The notes beneath the pieces were generated by a model. The model saw nothing but the letters and a program-made list of their open reading frames with translations. It did no database searches and was not told the DNA's origin. Positions 24,901-32,000 of a stretch of 32,000 nucleotides of DNA are shown here, one piece after another. This DNA is from an uncultured archaeon (lineage in GTDB: Archaea > Iainarchaeota > Iainarchaeia > Iainarchaeales > Iainarchaeaceae): contig CAZNZM010000005.1 of assembly GCA_964577555.1 (NCBI GenBank), positions 1 through 32,000 of the forward strand, in the 5' to 3' direction. The position numbers and the translations under genes are program-made. Position 1 is the first letter of the stretch; each line of letters opens with the position of its first letter.

Positions 24901-27900
24901 TTTCAAGCCTTGATACTTTTACATTTCTTGATTCCGCTTTAAGTCTTGTGAAATGATCTGGTTCAACAAGTATTCCGCCTTCGTCTGTTCCGCCCCTGCA
25001 TTGATAATTTTCTCTTCCCCCGCAAAACCTAAAATCCACTTCAACAGGACCGCAATCAACAGTATCAATTGTAAATTCCGCTTCTCTTTGGTTTGGTTTT
25101 AACTTTATGCCTTCGTCAGCCGCTGGAGTGAATTTTATGCATTGGTCAAGATTGGCTATTGCTATTGAACCTGAAATGTCATTGGTTGCTCCAACAAGTT
25201 GTTTTCCAGAATTTGTTTTGAGGCTTGCACCTATTTTTATTTTGAATTCGGCTTTTTTTCCTGTTGAATTCGGTTTTGGCACGAAAGTCATTCTTGCAGG
25301 ATAAACCTTGCCATATTCCAATTTTTCAAGCAATACACTTGAAACGCTTTGTTGAAGTATTTCCCTGCCTATTTGTCCGCTTGAAACATCTGTTACTGAA
25401 AATTCTATTTGCCCCAATTGACCCGTCTGTCCCTGCCAATTCACGGTTGCCTGCAAATTTGCCAAATCAATAGGCGTTTCTTCTTTTGATATGCAATTAT
25501 TGACTATTTCAAATTCAAGCGAAGCTTGATTGTCAACCGTTGAATCCTGCCACTCAGCAGTTGAAAGCGAAATACATGGGGCATTGGCAGGCATTTCAGC
25601 AAGGTTTATCAAAGCCTCGTATGGCAAGGAAGCAATCCAAATAGCGTTTCTGTCATTTGGAGTGCCAAACTCAAGCATGAAATTTCCTGAAATTTTTTTT
25701 TGCTGTTCAAGCAAATCAGCTTCAGAACCAACTGCTGATAACAAATTGATTTGTTTTGAATCAAGGCTTTGTATTTGGTTTCCAACCCATTGCTGGACAA
25801 AAGTATTCATTCTTGCTTCATCCAGCAACCCTTTGGAGTTTATTGATTCGCGAATGCTTTTGATTGTAATTGGAATAGCTAAATTGTTTATTATTCTGAC
25901 TTCCGAATTAGTCCCGCTTTTTACTTGCATATTCAAGGAAACCGAGACTTTTGATGGCTCAAATGAAACCACTTCGCTTTTGAATTGTTTTTCAACAACG
26001 TTGGAAGCCAAACCTGATTTTTCAGCCCAAACAAACAATTTTGTTCCAGGCGAAGAAGCCGGCAAAAGCATTTTTGCGTTGCCGTTCCAATCGGTCACTG
26101 CACTGAATCTGGTTTCGCTTCTATCCGGCAAAACCCTTAAAGCGTAAATAACTGCTCTTTCAACGCCAAAGCCAGTGTCTTTTCCGGTGCTATAAGCAGC
26201 GTTTACAGAGATTTCTGTTTGAATATACGCCGGCAACGTTTGAGGCATTACTGACAAGCTTATGTTACCTTGCGCAAAAGGCAAAAAAGCGACAGGGCTT
26301 TTGAAAACCTCGGAATTGCCTGAGATTAAAGACAAAATCATGTTTTGCGGATTTGTGCTTTTTGGCTCTATTTCAATAATACCTCTCACGCTTTTGTTTT
26401 TTAAAAAATTTCCTGCTGCGATTTGTTCAATTTCATAACCTTGGTTTGTTGATGAAAACACCCTTCCATCGGCATTTGTAATTGAATAAGATTTAATCAA
26501 AAAGCCATTTTCATGTTCAATCTTTGCCGAAAAAGTTGCGTTGTTATATTCGTAATCGGAATTGTTTGTAAGAGTGAATTCCAAAACATATGGGCTGAAT
26601 GTTTTCACTTTATATGGTTGTTCAATATACAGATTGGTTTCCTTGTCCAACAGCCTTGTTCTTAAACAAAAATTCAAATTGCATAATTCTTCTATTCCTT
26701 CCAAAAACCTCAATTCATGGCTGTTTGCATAAAATCCTTTTTTTGATTGTGTGTCCGCCTCGTTGCCAAGAGTGTTGTCTGCAGGAACTCTAATATATCC
26801 TGAATCTGAAAAGGCATAAACTCTGTAATATAAAGGGAGTTCTGTTGAAGGCGCTGTGCCTGGCTTTATTCTTACATCAGCTTCAATTTCGTATTTTCCT
26901 GGTTCTGGCCTGTTCCATTGCACCGACACCCACTTTGCATTGCCTTGCGTTGTTTTTTCTTCATCATCTCCCAATGGCGGGTTGTATGTTTCTCCTTTGT
27001 TAATAAGCCGTGCAGGAACCCTTGTTGATTCTATCCATAAAACATCGCTAGCCACGTTTGCTTTGTCTCCCGCTCTGAAGAAAAAACCAGCTTCGGAATA
27101 ATTTGAGTTGTTCGGAATTTCCATTAAAAACTTTGCAGTATAAAGCGAGCCTGCAGCAAGCGAAACAGCTTTTGTGTCCTTGTCTCTAAACATTCCTAAA
27201 AACATTATTTTTGGCTGGTTATCCGAACTTCCCTGTGTTAAAACCGCGTTGAATTGGATTGACTTGTTCGGCAACACTTGTTTTGGCGAGAAAAAATAAG
27301 ATGCATAACCTTCTTTTCTTACAACAGCATACACGCTTTTGTCTGCTTTCACTTTCAAAGTGCCGGCGCCATCAGGCCCAAGCGTTATTACTCCTATTGT
27401 TTTTCCATAATCCGCAATTAATTGTGCTTGAGCGCCAATCACAGGCAAGCCGTCTTCATTTACAGCCTTTATGTTTATTGTGCCTTGTCCTATTGTAATA
27501 CGCATTTGAACGTTGTTGTCTGTTGCAGGATTGACTTCAAACAATTCAGATTTTCCTTCGGCTGGGAATTTCTGAGCCAAAGCATAAAATTTACCCCTGC
27601 CTACACCCCTTATTGAAGCAACTCCGTTGAAATCAGTGATTCCGAAAGGATAAGCTGTCGCAACCAAACCATCTTCGCCAAGCAGAATTACTTTTGCGTT
27701 TTCAACAGGCAAATTATCTTCATCAATGACCTTGACATTCAAATAACCGCATTTTGTAGGAGTGCACTTTTCAAGTTCAATGTTTATCCTTTGTTCGCTT
27801 CCCCTCGGAAAAGAAAACGTTGAAATTTCCCTTTTTGGCGAAGGAATAAAATCATTCTTGTAGGCACTGATATAGTATGTTCCGCTGTCTTTCAAAAAGA

Positions 27901-28990
27901 ACACCGCAGAACCGTTATAATCCTCGGTTTTTTTGCTTCCAACAATTCCGCTTGCATTGAAAAGAAAAACATCAGCCCCACTGATTTTTGCTCCGCCTTT
28001 TTCCGAAACATTGACAACAAGTTTTAGCTTGACATCTTTTGAAACCAATATCTCTTTTTTAGAAATAATTCCTTCAACGACTTCAACAGGAATGCTTTGA
28101 GAAGCGTATTGCCCCGCGGGATCGCTTATCGCCGCAACGTAATTGCCCACAGGAATTCTTGTAAATGACACCTTGCCAAAGGAAGTTGCACCCTCTATTT
28201 CCGTAGGCGAATTTGAAGAATCAAAAAGCTTTACAAAAATGTCATTCAAATACCTTCCAGTATCAGCATCTTTTATATCCAAATCCAAATTACTTTTTGG
28301 CAAGTCCAAGCCTTGAAAATTAATTTGCCCGACTTTGGTTTGCACCATTGCAAAAGCCGATTTAAAACCAACCGCAGTCGCACTTGCCTTTATTGTCCCG
28401 CAATTTTCCGGAGCCATTACCTTAAGCTCTCCTTCAGTTGTAACATACTCGTCTTTGTCAAAATTTTTTGCGGATTGAACAGTGCATGAAAGCTTGACCG
28501 AAATTTCTTTGCCAACAAGTTTTTTAGAGTCAGGGCCCACAAAAATCAAAGTGACTTCCCTTGCAGCTTGCGTCTTCGCAACCAAATCCATTTTCAATTC
28601 CATTTTAGCTCCTACGGAAACAATCAAATTTTTGTTTGAAACAGGCTTGTATCCTTCCTTGTTTGCCGAAACCTTGAATTCCTTGCCAATGGGCAAATCA
28701 AACAAAGCTTCGCCGTTTGAATTTGTTTTCACTTCAAATTGGTTATCCGAGTCCTCGACCAGAACCTTTGCTTCGCTTATCGGATTGCCTTTGTCATCTT
28801 TTACAAGAACGCTTACCTGTGCGTTTTCAGGCTTTGCGTTCATAAAAAAAGCAAACGCCAAAATAATGAAAATTACGAGTATTAAAATAATTGAATAAGG
28901 AAAAAAAGGTATTTTGCCTTTAAGAATCTCATACCTTCCGACAATTTCTTCTCTTATATTTGCCAGCTCCATTGCAAAAAATATGTTCAT
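21962..28990 (-). CDS. Giant membrane-anchored surface protein G2 (2342 aa), paralogue of G1
   Basis: This is an uninterrupted 7.0-kb ORF, collinear with G1 over its whole length. It has one continuous hydrophobic Gly/Ala-rich stretch of about 52 aa (aa ~1444-1495) before DPC (C1500). The second ATG at 28972 (MELANIREEI) aligns better with the G1 N-terminus MEFDSIRELIE. Confidence 0.9.
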   Translation of the reverse strand: MNIFFAMELANIREEIVGRYEILKGKIPFFPYSIILILVIFIILAFAFFMNAKPENAQVSVLVKDDKGNPISEAKVLVEDSDNQFEVKTNSNGEALFDLPIGKEFKVSANKEGYKPVSNKNLIVSVGAKMELKMDLVAKTQAAREVTLIFVGPDSKKLVGKEISVKLSCTVQSAKNFDKDEYVTTEGELKVMAPENCGTIKASATAVGFKSAFAMVQTKVGQINFQGLDLPKSNLDLDIKDADTGRYLNDIFVKLFDSSNSPTEIEGATSFGKVSFTRIPVGNYVAAISDPAGQYASQSIPVEVVEGIISKKEILVSKDVKLKLVVNVSEKGGAKISGADVFLFNASGIVGSKKTEDYNGSAVFFLKDSGTYYISAYKNDFIPSPKREISTFSFPRGSEQRINIELEKCTPTKCGYLNVKVIDEDNLPVENAKVILLGEDGLVATAYPFGITDFNGVASIRGVGRGKFYALAQKFPAEGKSELFEVNPATDNNVQMRITIGQGTINIKAVNEDGLPVIGAQAQLIADYGKTIGVITLGPDGAGTLKVKADKSVYAVVRKEGYASYFFSPKQVLPNKSIQFNAVLTQGSSDNQPKIMFLGMFRDKDTKAVSLAAGSLYTAKFLMEIPNNSNYSEAGFFFRAGDKANVASDVLWIESTRVPARLINKGETYNPPLGDDEEKTTQGNAKWVSVQWNRPEPGKYEIEADVRIKPGTAPSTELPLYYRVYAFSDSGYIRVPADNTLGNEADTQSKKGFYANSHELRFLEGIEELCNLNFCLRTRLLDKETNLYIEQPYKVKTFSPYVLEFTLTNNSDYEYNNATFSAKIEHENGFLIKSYSITNADGRVFSSTNQGYEIEQIAAGNFLKNKSVRGIIEIEPKSTNPQNMILSLISGNSEVFKSPVAFLPFAQGNISLSVMPQTLPAYIQTEISVNAAYSTGKDTGFGVERAVIYALRVLPDRSETRFSAVTDWNGNAKMLLPASSPGTKLFVWAEKSGLASNVVEKQFKSEVVSFEPSKVSVSLNMQVKSGTNSEVRIINNLAIPITIKSIRESINSKGLLDEARMNTFVQQWVGNQIQSLDSKQINLLSAVGSEADLLEQQKKISGNFMLEFGTPNDRNAIWIASLPYEALINLAEMPANAPCISLSTAEWQDSTVDNQASLEFEIVNNCISKEETPIDLANLQATVNWQGQTGQLGQIEFSVTDVSSGQIGREILQQSVSSVLLEKLEYGKVYPARMTFVPKPNSTGKKAEFKIKIGASLKTNSGKQLVGATNDISGSIAIANLDQCIKFTPAADEGIKLKPNQREAEFTIDTVDCGPVEVDFRFCGGRENYQCRGGTDEGGILVEPDHFTRLKAESRNVKVSRLEIPGFYGLTIEAKPAGGTFRQIAEYDVIVEPEEGEYFSMDRYAFTMIGKGKKDEATLTNYMLQEKVNVKANKCAWEEAASGLNDAEKAGIALGGAAAGVAAGLITVLAIGASTGIGAVVGIIVFVIIIFMTILGEDPCEQFETHTLNDYVINLVGTDDKTKPRYVGPDAIDVIVSDSRFKGEWMLDIADAIQKFNKTNPNGKQVVGVVFTNLSAEEEKPIYAIATMRAKEHIHGDPTHQNALVQCGRAGSTNGDFGNFWINMVPCNTLNNMEDKVYSQKFHVKFNTSEEKTYIPKTTFDSFACQNGLEIGRTGKGALPRVKFNWSWKENEGGISYNQCDADNPDYVYCDAVQFTIELNKKLNMLNEFLQENNYNFECSFAKDAKSEIANSIAEQYKGSSSRNVPNGFLGVKEITLKEENNQIKVNVSVENKTDDYQDATISVSGVKGTTQLEPCVVQLLGISKDEKRNASCDFANLEDGAYLFNASISSSTAGEKQQSGSVVNAIFFGDPTKGDAAKFCEFRTTETIAGTPQLIRYIEGKNVKWTKAIPNMEALQKLLIFDAYLIKDNYSKEFFLDFSKTYSSGQFFDADSYFTSLISDSQGNKIGFNKLMDEGKFVVRRKFADTSEINNPGLYRVELAVYFTGGDWKLIRENGSITGYVAIIMTRIADPNPNSPFYYIPFDGLVGVEGNKINRKNYGATFYNQGGTSIVAINNGKNAVMSFEDSGSNAISKILVASNNDLYTLNTAPQTRGMVLEVASKEGKGSKIVFQPSQATPLIMKISSEKSSQPLNAYYSIIENSATTSTGTSLTYWDGAGNCLDFTGAPVTEAFYQKPDRQGKESDKINDYKSSYAIDWPSIQYSGDVYLRTIIFSDPKKQTQIRAKPESRVEFMTPDESGKQVTLNGIIGMKYNDYSMGLSGRIASISDAFKMVENNMLCVTSTGNSVKFWWNPQYVYTYNGRQKNISSFANSLEAGRTCIGQ

Positions 28991-29057
28991 TTTGTTATTA
29001 AATTATTTGTTCAACCAATTGTCGGTTGCATATTTAAAAAGTCCGGTTATTAAAGGA

Positions 29058-29168
29058 TTTTTTTTGCAAGCCATTTTTTTGGAAAATTTTGAAATTTTTT
29101 TTGTTGTTTGTTTTGCGAGCCGTTTTTGTCATTTTTTTTGAACTTATTTTTTTTGTCATGTTTTTTTT
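29058..29168 (+). repeat. Strand-polar oligo-T tract array B (same family as array A)
   Basis: Six T7-T8 runs start at 29058, 29074, 29095, 29132, 29147 and 29161. Array B shares an 18/18-nt word TTTTGCAAGCCATTTTTT with array A (29062-29079 vs 6222-6239). It also shares a 23/25-nt match (29103-29127 vs 6214-6238). Confidence 0.8.
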
Positions 29169-29221
29169 GAAGAACAATTTTTGAAATTGGTTTTATTTGT
29201 TTGCGAATAACTTTATAGTTT

Positions 29222-32000
29222 TTAGAATGCCTTTCTCGTGTTCGGCGAAGCTATGCATTGGTTGATCGCTTCTTCCTCTTTTGGCAGTATTGTGGAGTAC
29301 AATTTTTTCGGGTTCCAGAAAAATTCAGATTTAATGTTGCTTCCAGTAATGCAAATGTATTCGTCTTTAACCAAATTGAATATGTCTTGCAGGCTGGTTA
29401 TTCTCGGGGTTACTCCGTTTCCGTTGAGGGGAACTCTTTTACCTGTAGTGGTTCCGATAAGCCTTGCTTCATCAGAAGCTATATCAACAATTTCAAGCCT
29501 GCTGTCGCTATCTTGCGGCGTGTAGAATATGGTTTCGTAAAATACTTTGCCGAAGTTTACTGGGTCTTGGCAGAATTCAAACGCGTATCTGCTTTCTTTT
29601 GGCAAGCCAACCAAAGCACATTTGGTGCTTATGCCGTGGGTATCAGTAATATAATTTTGTTGTGACATTACCGAACCGTCAAATCCTCTGCAACTTGCTC
29701 CTACACCATTCCACTTTGTAAGGTATGGACCTACATTTACCGCGTCTCCATCAATTGCTGGCTGGTAAACAGCGTATGCTGATCCGCTTGTTTTCTTTTC
29801 AATTTCAAGCATGACTGGAGTAGCGTTGGATGGTTGGTATAACAATTCAAGTCCTCCGTCAACTCTTGAAAGCTTTGCTATTACGCCTCTTTCATCTATT
29901 TGCATTGCCTTGAAATTGTTTGACTTCACTACTTTCAATATTCCGTTTTCTATCGGCGCCGAACCGGCAATGTCAACGGTTCTTACTGCGTTGGAACCAT
30001 TGTCTATTAATATGCTGTCTCCTTCAAAGTTGATGCCATATCCTGTTCTTCCGCCTCTTTTTACATCTTCGTCAAGCGGTGGAACCCCTACCAAACCATT
30101 GATAGGCAGGTAATAGAACGGGCTGTCGGGTTGTGCCCCTTTCACTTTTTCCATTCTCACAACTATTTTTGCCGTAGGCTTGCCAGTGTTGTCAAAGAGC
30201 TTCCAATCCTTGTCTTCGTAATTTATGTCAATCGTGATATTGTATGTTCCTGGCCCCGGCAAAGTAAAGTCAGGTTGGCTGTAAGCGTCAAAAGTAAAAA
30301 GCTTTTGATCTCTAAAATAAGTTCCCAAGCCGCTTTCCGGAATGCCTTGCATGGAGAAATACCATTCAGGAGCTTGGAAGAAAGTATTGTTTGAAGCCAC
30401 GTCAAAGTCGTGCTGGAAGTCTTTGCTGTAACCATCAACCATGAGCAAAGCATTGAAATTCACCAATTGCACTATTTCGTTGTTTCTTATTCCTGAAGCT
30501 TTTAGAAATTCTGCCAATCTTGTTGTAGAGTAAGGAGTGCATTGTCCCAACCCAGATTCGCCTATAAACAAGTTTTTGGAAGCCGAATTTGTTGCAGAAA
30601 CATCTTCGCACTTTTCACAGGATATTTTTGGAGAAATTGTAGCATTTGCAGTATAATACCCTTGTGCAAGGTTGTTGAAAGTGCATTTAACTTCTTGAGT
30701 TGTTCCAGCGGCCAACAATATTTTTTGCGTTCCGCCAGAGCAAATTATTTCAGGAGCGTTTGAAATAGGTTTGATTTTTAACACTACATCTGTTTCTATT
30801 TGGCTCGGATTTGTGTTTTTAACTTCCGCAATGACTTCTATGCTGTTCCCTGTTTTGATAGTGTCAAGCGATGCTATTCCGACATCATAACTGCCTATCT
30901 CGTTTTTTATTGAAGTATTTTCTCCAGGCGTTGGGCATTGGAATTGGGAAGCATTTTGTCTCAAGAAATCATCCAATATTTTGATTTTTTTAAGTATGGC
31001 TATGCTGAATTGCGTTGCGTCGCAGTAAACCCCGTTTGGGTTGTTTTCGTTGCATTCGTTTTCCGCTATTGAACTCCAATTCCAAGCCAATTTTATTTTC
31101 GGCAATGCGTCAGGCCCTGTTGCCCCGGTTTTTTCTCCGTCTTGGCAGTTCAATATTGAAGGTGCTTGGATTGTTTCGATTTCAGGCGGAACCGCGTTGA
31201 ATTCCAATTTATATGTTTGTTCAAGCCTTTGGCTAGGCAAATCCTCTTCAAGCTTCTTCTTTTGCTTATTTAAAGTGCTTGTGTCAAAGAAGCCGAGGAA
31301 ACCGCCTTCCTCGTCATAAAAGTCTTTTTTCTTGTATGTTTTATCCTTGTATTTATGCCTTATTCCATTAATCAAAAGGTTTGAATAATAAGGAGCTTCT
31401 TCTGTTGTTATCAGCCTGCTGTCATTCACGAAAACAGCCTTGTATATTTGCGTGCCTTGTGAAAGCACATCGCTTGGAGTATTAGTCAAAGGCATTGGCA
31501 CTATAGTGCTGCTTTCCTCTTTTTCCTTGCCAAGCCCTTCAACTTCAAGCCTTATTTTATCATCCTCAACAGCTTGTTGTCCTTCGCCTTGCACCAACTT
31601 TATTCTTTGAATTTCAACATCTGGTTGCAAAATAGTGAATGGTACTTCTTTTTCCTGTCCGGAATAAGAAATCAAAGTTCCTACAAATCCGCCTAACAAC
31701 CCCGCTGCTAAAGGACTTGTTCCAAAGACTCCTCTTACAAGCCCTGCTCCGCTTTTAAGCAAACCCTCAGCAAGACTGCCAGCAGCACCTTGTGCTGCAG
31801 AATTTCCTATTGACATTCTTCCAGTAATTGGTAAAATGTTGGCGAAAGCAATTGGCGGCAAATTTGTTACATCCTGCTCTTGTTTTTCACTTTGAGCAGT
31901 GGTATTAGTTTTATTATTATCTGTTTTGGGTTTTCCTGTTAGAATTTCCCTGTCTCCGGCTCCCCAATTGGTGAGCATTACAAGCCCTGCAGAAATTGCT
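29222..32000 (-). CDS. Giant protein G3, C-terminal part only (at least 918 aa visible; 5' end beyond right edge), paralogue of G1 and G2
   Basis: The frame stays open upstream of the track ATG at 31978 (…AISAGLV-MLTNWG…) up to base 32000. It contains the Gly-rich hydrophobic region (31664-31798) and the full conserved C-terminal module (NPNGVYCDATQFSI, PFYYLPINGLVGV, SNATPVMLEI, FFWNPKK). Confidence 0.9.
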   Translation of the reverse strand, partial: AISAGLVMLTNWGAGDREILTGKPKTDNNKTNTTAQSEKQEQDVTNLPPIAFANILPITGRMSIGNSAAQGAAGSLAEGLLKSGAGLVRGVFGTSPLAAGLLGGFVGTLISYSGQEKEVPFTILQPDVEIQRIKLVQGEGQQAVEDDKIRLEVEGLGKEKEESSTIVPMPLTNTPSDVLSQGTQIYKAVFVNDSRLITTEEAPYYSNLLINGIRHKYKDKTYKKKDFYDEEGGFLGFFDTSTLNKQKKKLEEDLPSQRLEQTYKLEFNAVPPEIETIQAPSILNCQDGEKTGATGPDALPKIKLAWNWSSIAENECNENNPNGVYCDATQFSIAILKKIKILDDFLRQNASQFQCPTPGENTSIKNEIGSYDVGIASLDTIKTGNSIEVIAEVKNTNPSQIETDVVLKIKPISNAPEIICSGGTQKILLAAGTTQEVKCTFNNLAQGYYTANATISPKISCEKCEDVSATNSASKNLFIGESGLGQCTPYSTTRLAEFLKASGIRNNEIVQLVNFNALLMVDGYSKDFQHDFDVASNNTFFQAPEWYFSMQGIPESGLGTYFRDQKLFTFDAYSQPDFTLPGPGTYNITIDINYEDKDWKLFDNTGKPTAKIVVRMEKVKGAQPDSPFYYLPINGLVGVPPLDEDVKRGGRTGYGINFEGDSILIDNGSNAVRTVDIAGSAPIENGILKVVKSNNFKAMQIDERGVIAKLSRVDGGLELLYQPSNATPVMLEIEKKTSGSAYAVYQPAIDGDAVNVGPYLTKWNGVGASCRGFDGSVMSQQNYITDTHGISTKCALVGLPKESRYAFEFCQDPVNFGKVFYETIFYTPQDSDSRLEIVDIASDEARLIGTTTGKRVPLNGNGVTPRITSLQDIFNLVKDEYICITGSNIKSEFFWNPKKLYSTILPKEEEAINQCIASPNTRKAF

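Noticed and set aside
15062-31319. Many plus-strand ORFs of 60-258 aa inside the giant genes (for example 20329..21027, 21055..21831, 25530..26147)
   Set aside because: All are antisense to uninterrupted 7-kb reading frames with paralogue-conserved protein sequence. They have Ser/Phe/Leu-rich composition typical of shadow ORFs.
1-32000. CRISPR arrays, rRNA genes, IS elements or integrases
   Set aside because: I saw no regularly spaced direct repeats with unique spacers, no rRNA-like conserved stretches, and no transposase- or integrase-like ORFs on either strand.

Overview
This looks like an AT-rich archaeal chromosome segment. Evidence: an archaeal-type family B DNA polymerase, a type-2 methionine aminopeptidase, a tRNA with a bulge-helix-bulge intron, oligo-T terminators, and TATA-like boxes about 25 bp upstream of start codons. 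Tight gene packing and giant surface proteins suggest a small-genome, DPANN-like lineage, but that is inference only. Positions 1-12.8 kb hold mostly ordinary genes: a partial adhesin-like ORF, a GT-A glycosyltransferase, msrB, tRNA-Leu(UAG), a translationally coupled FAD-oxidoreductase plus 600-aa polytopic membrane protein pair, tRNA-Arg(GCG) with a 22-nt intron, map, polB, two coiled-coil proteins, and a HerA-like protein whose Walker motifs look degenerate. Positions 12.9-32 kb (about 60% of the window) form one minus-strand block. It has three tandem giant paralogous proteins (2392 aa, 2342 aa, and at least 918 aa, the last truncated by the window edge). Each has an N-terminal anchor, about 1400 aa of beta-sandwich repeats, a glycine-zipper hydrophobic core, and a 700-850 aa Cys-containing C-terminal module I cannot assign to a known family. 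Five tightly coupled small polytopic membrane proteins follow and fall into two paralogue families. This block is my candidate for an undescribed cell-surface or membrane apparatus. Two strictly strand-polar arrays of T7-T8 tracts (6014-6524 and 29058-29168) share a conserved word with each other and with the tRNA-Arg intron. I found no CRISPR array, rRNA or obvious mobile element. All similarity statements are by eye, and no database search or computation was run.
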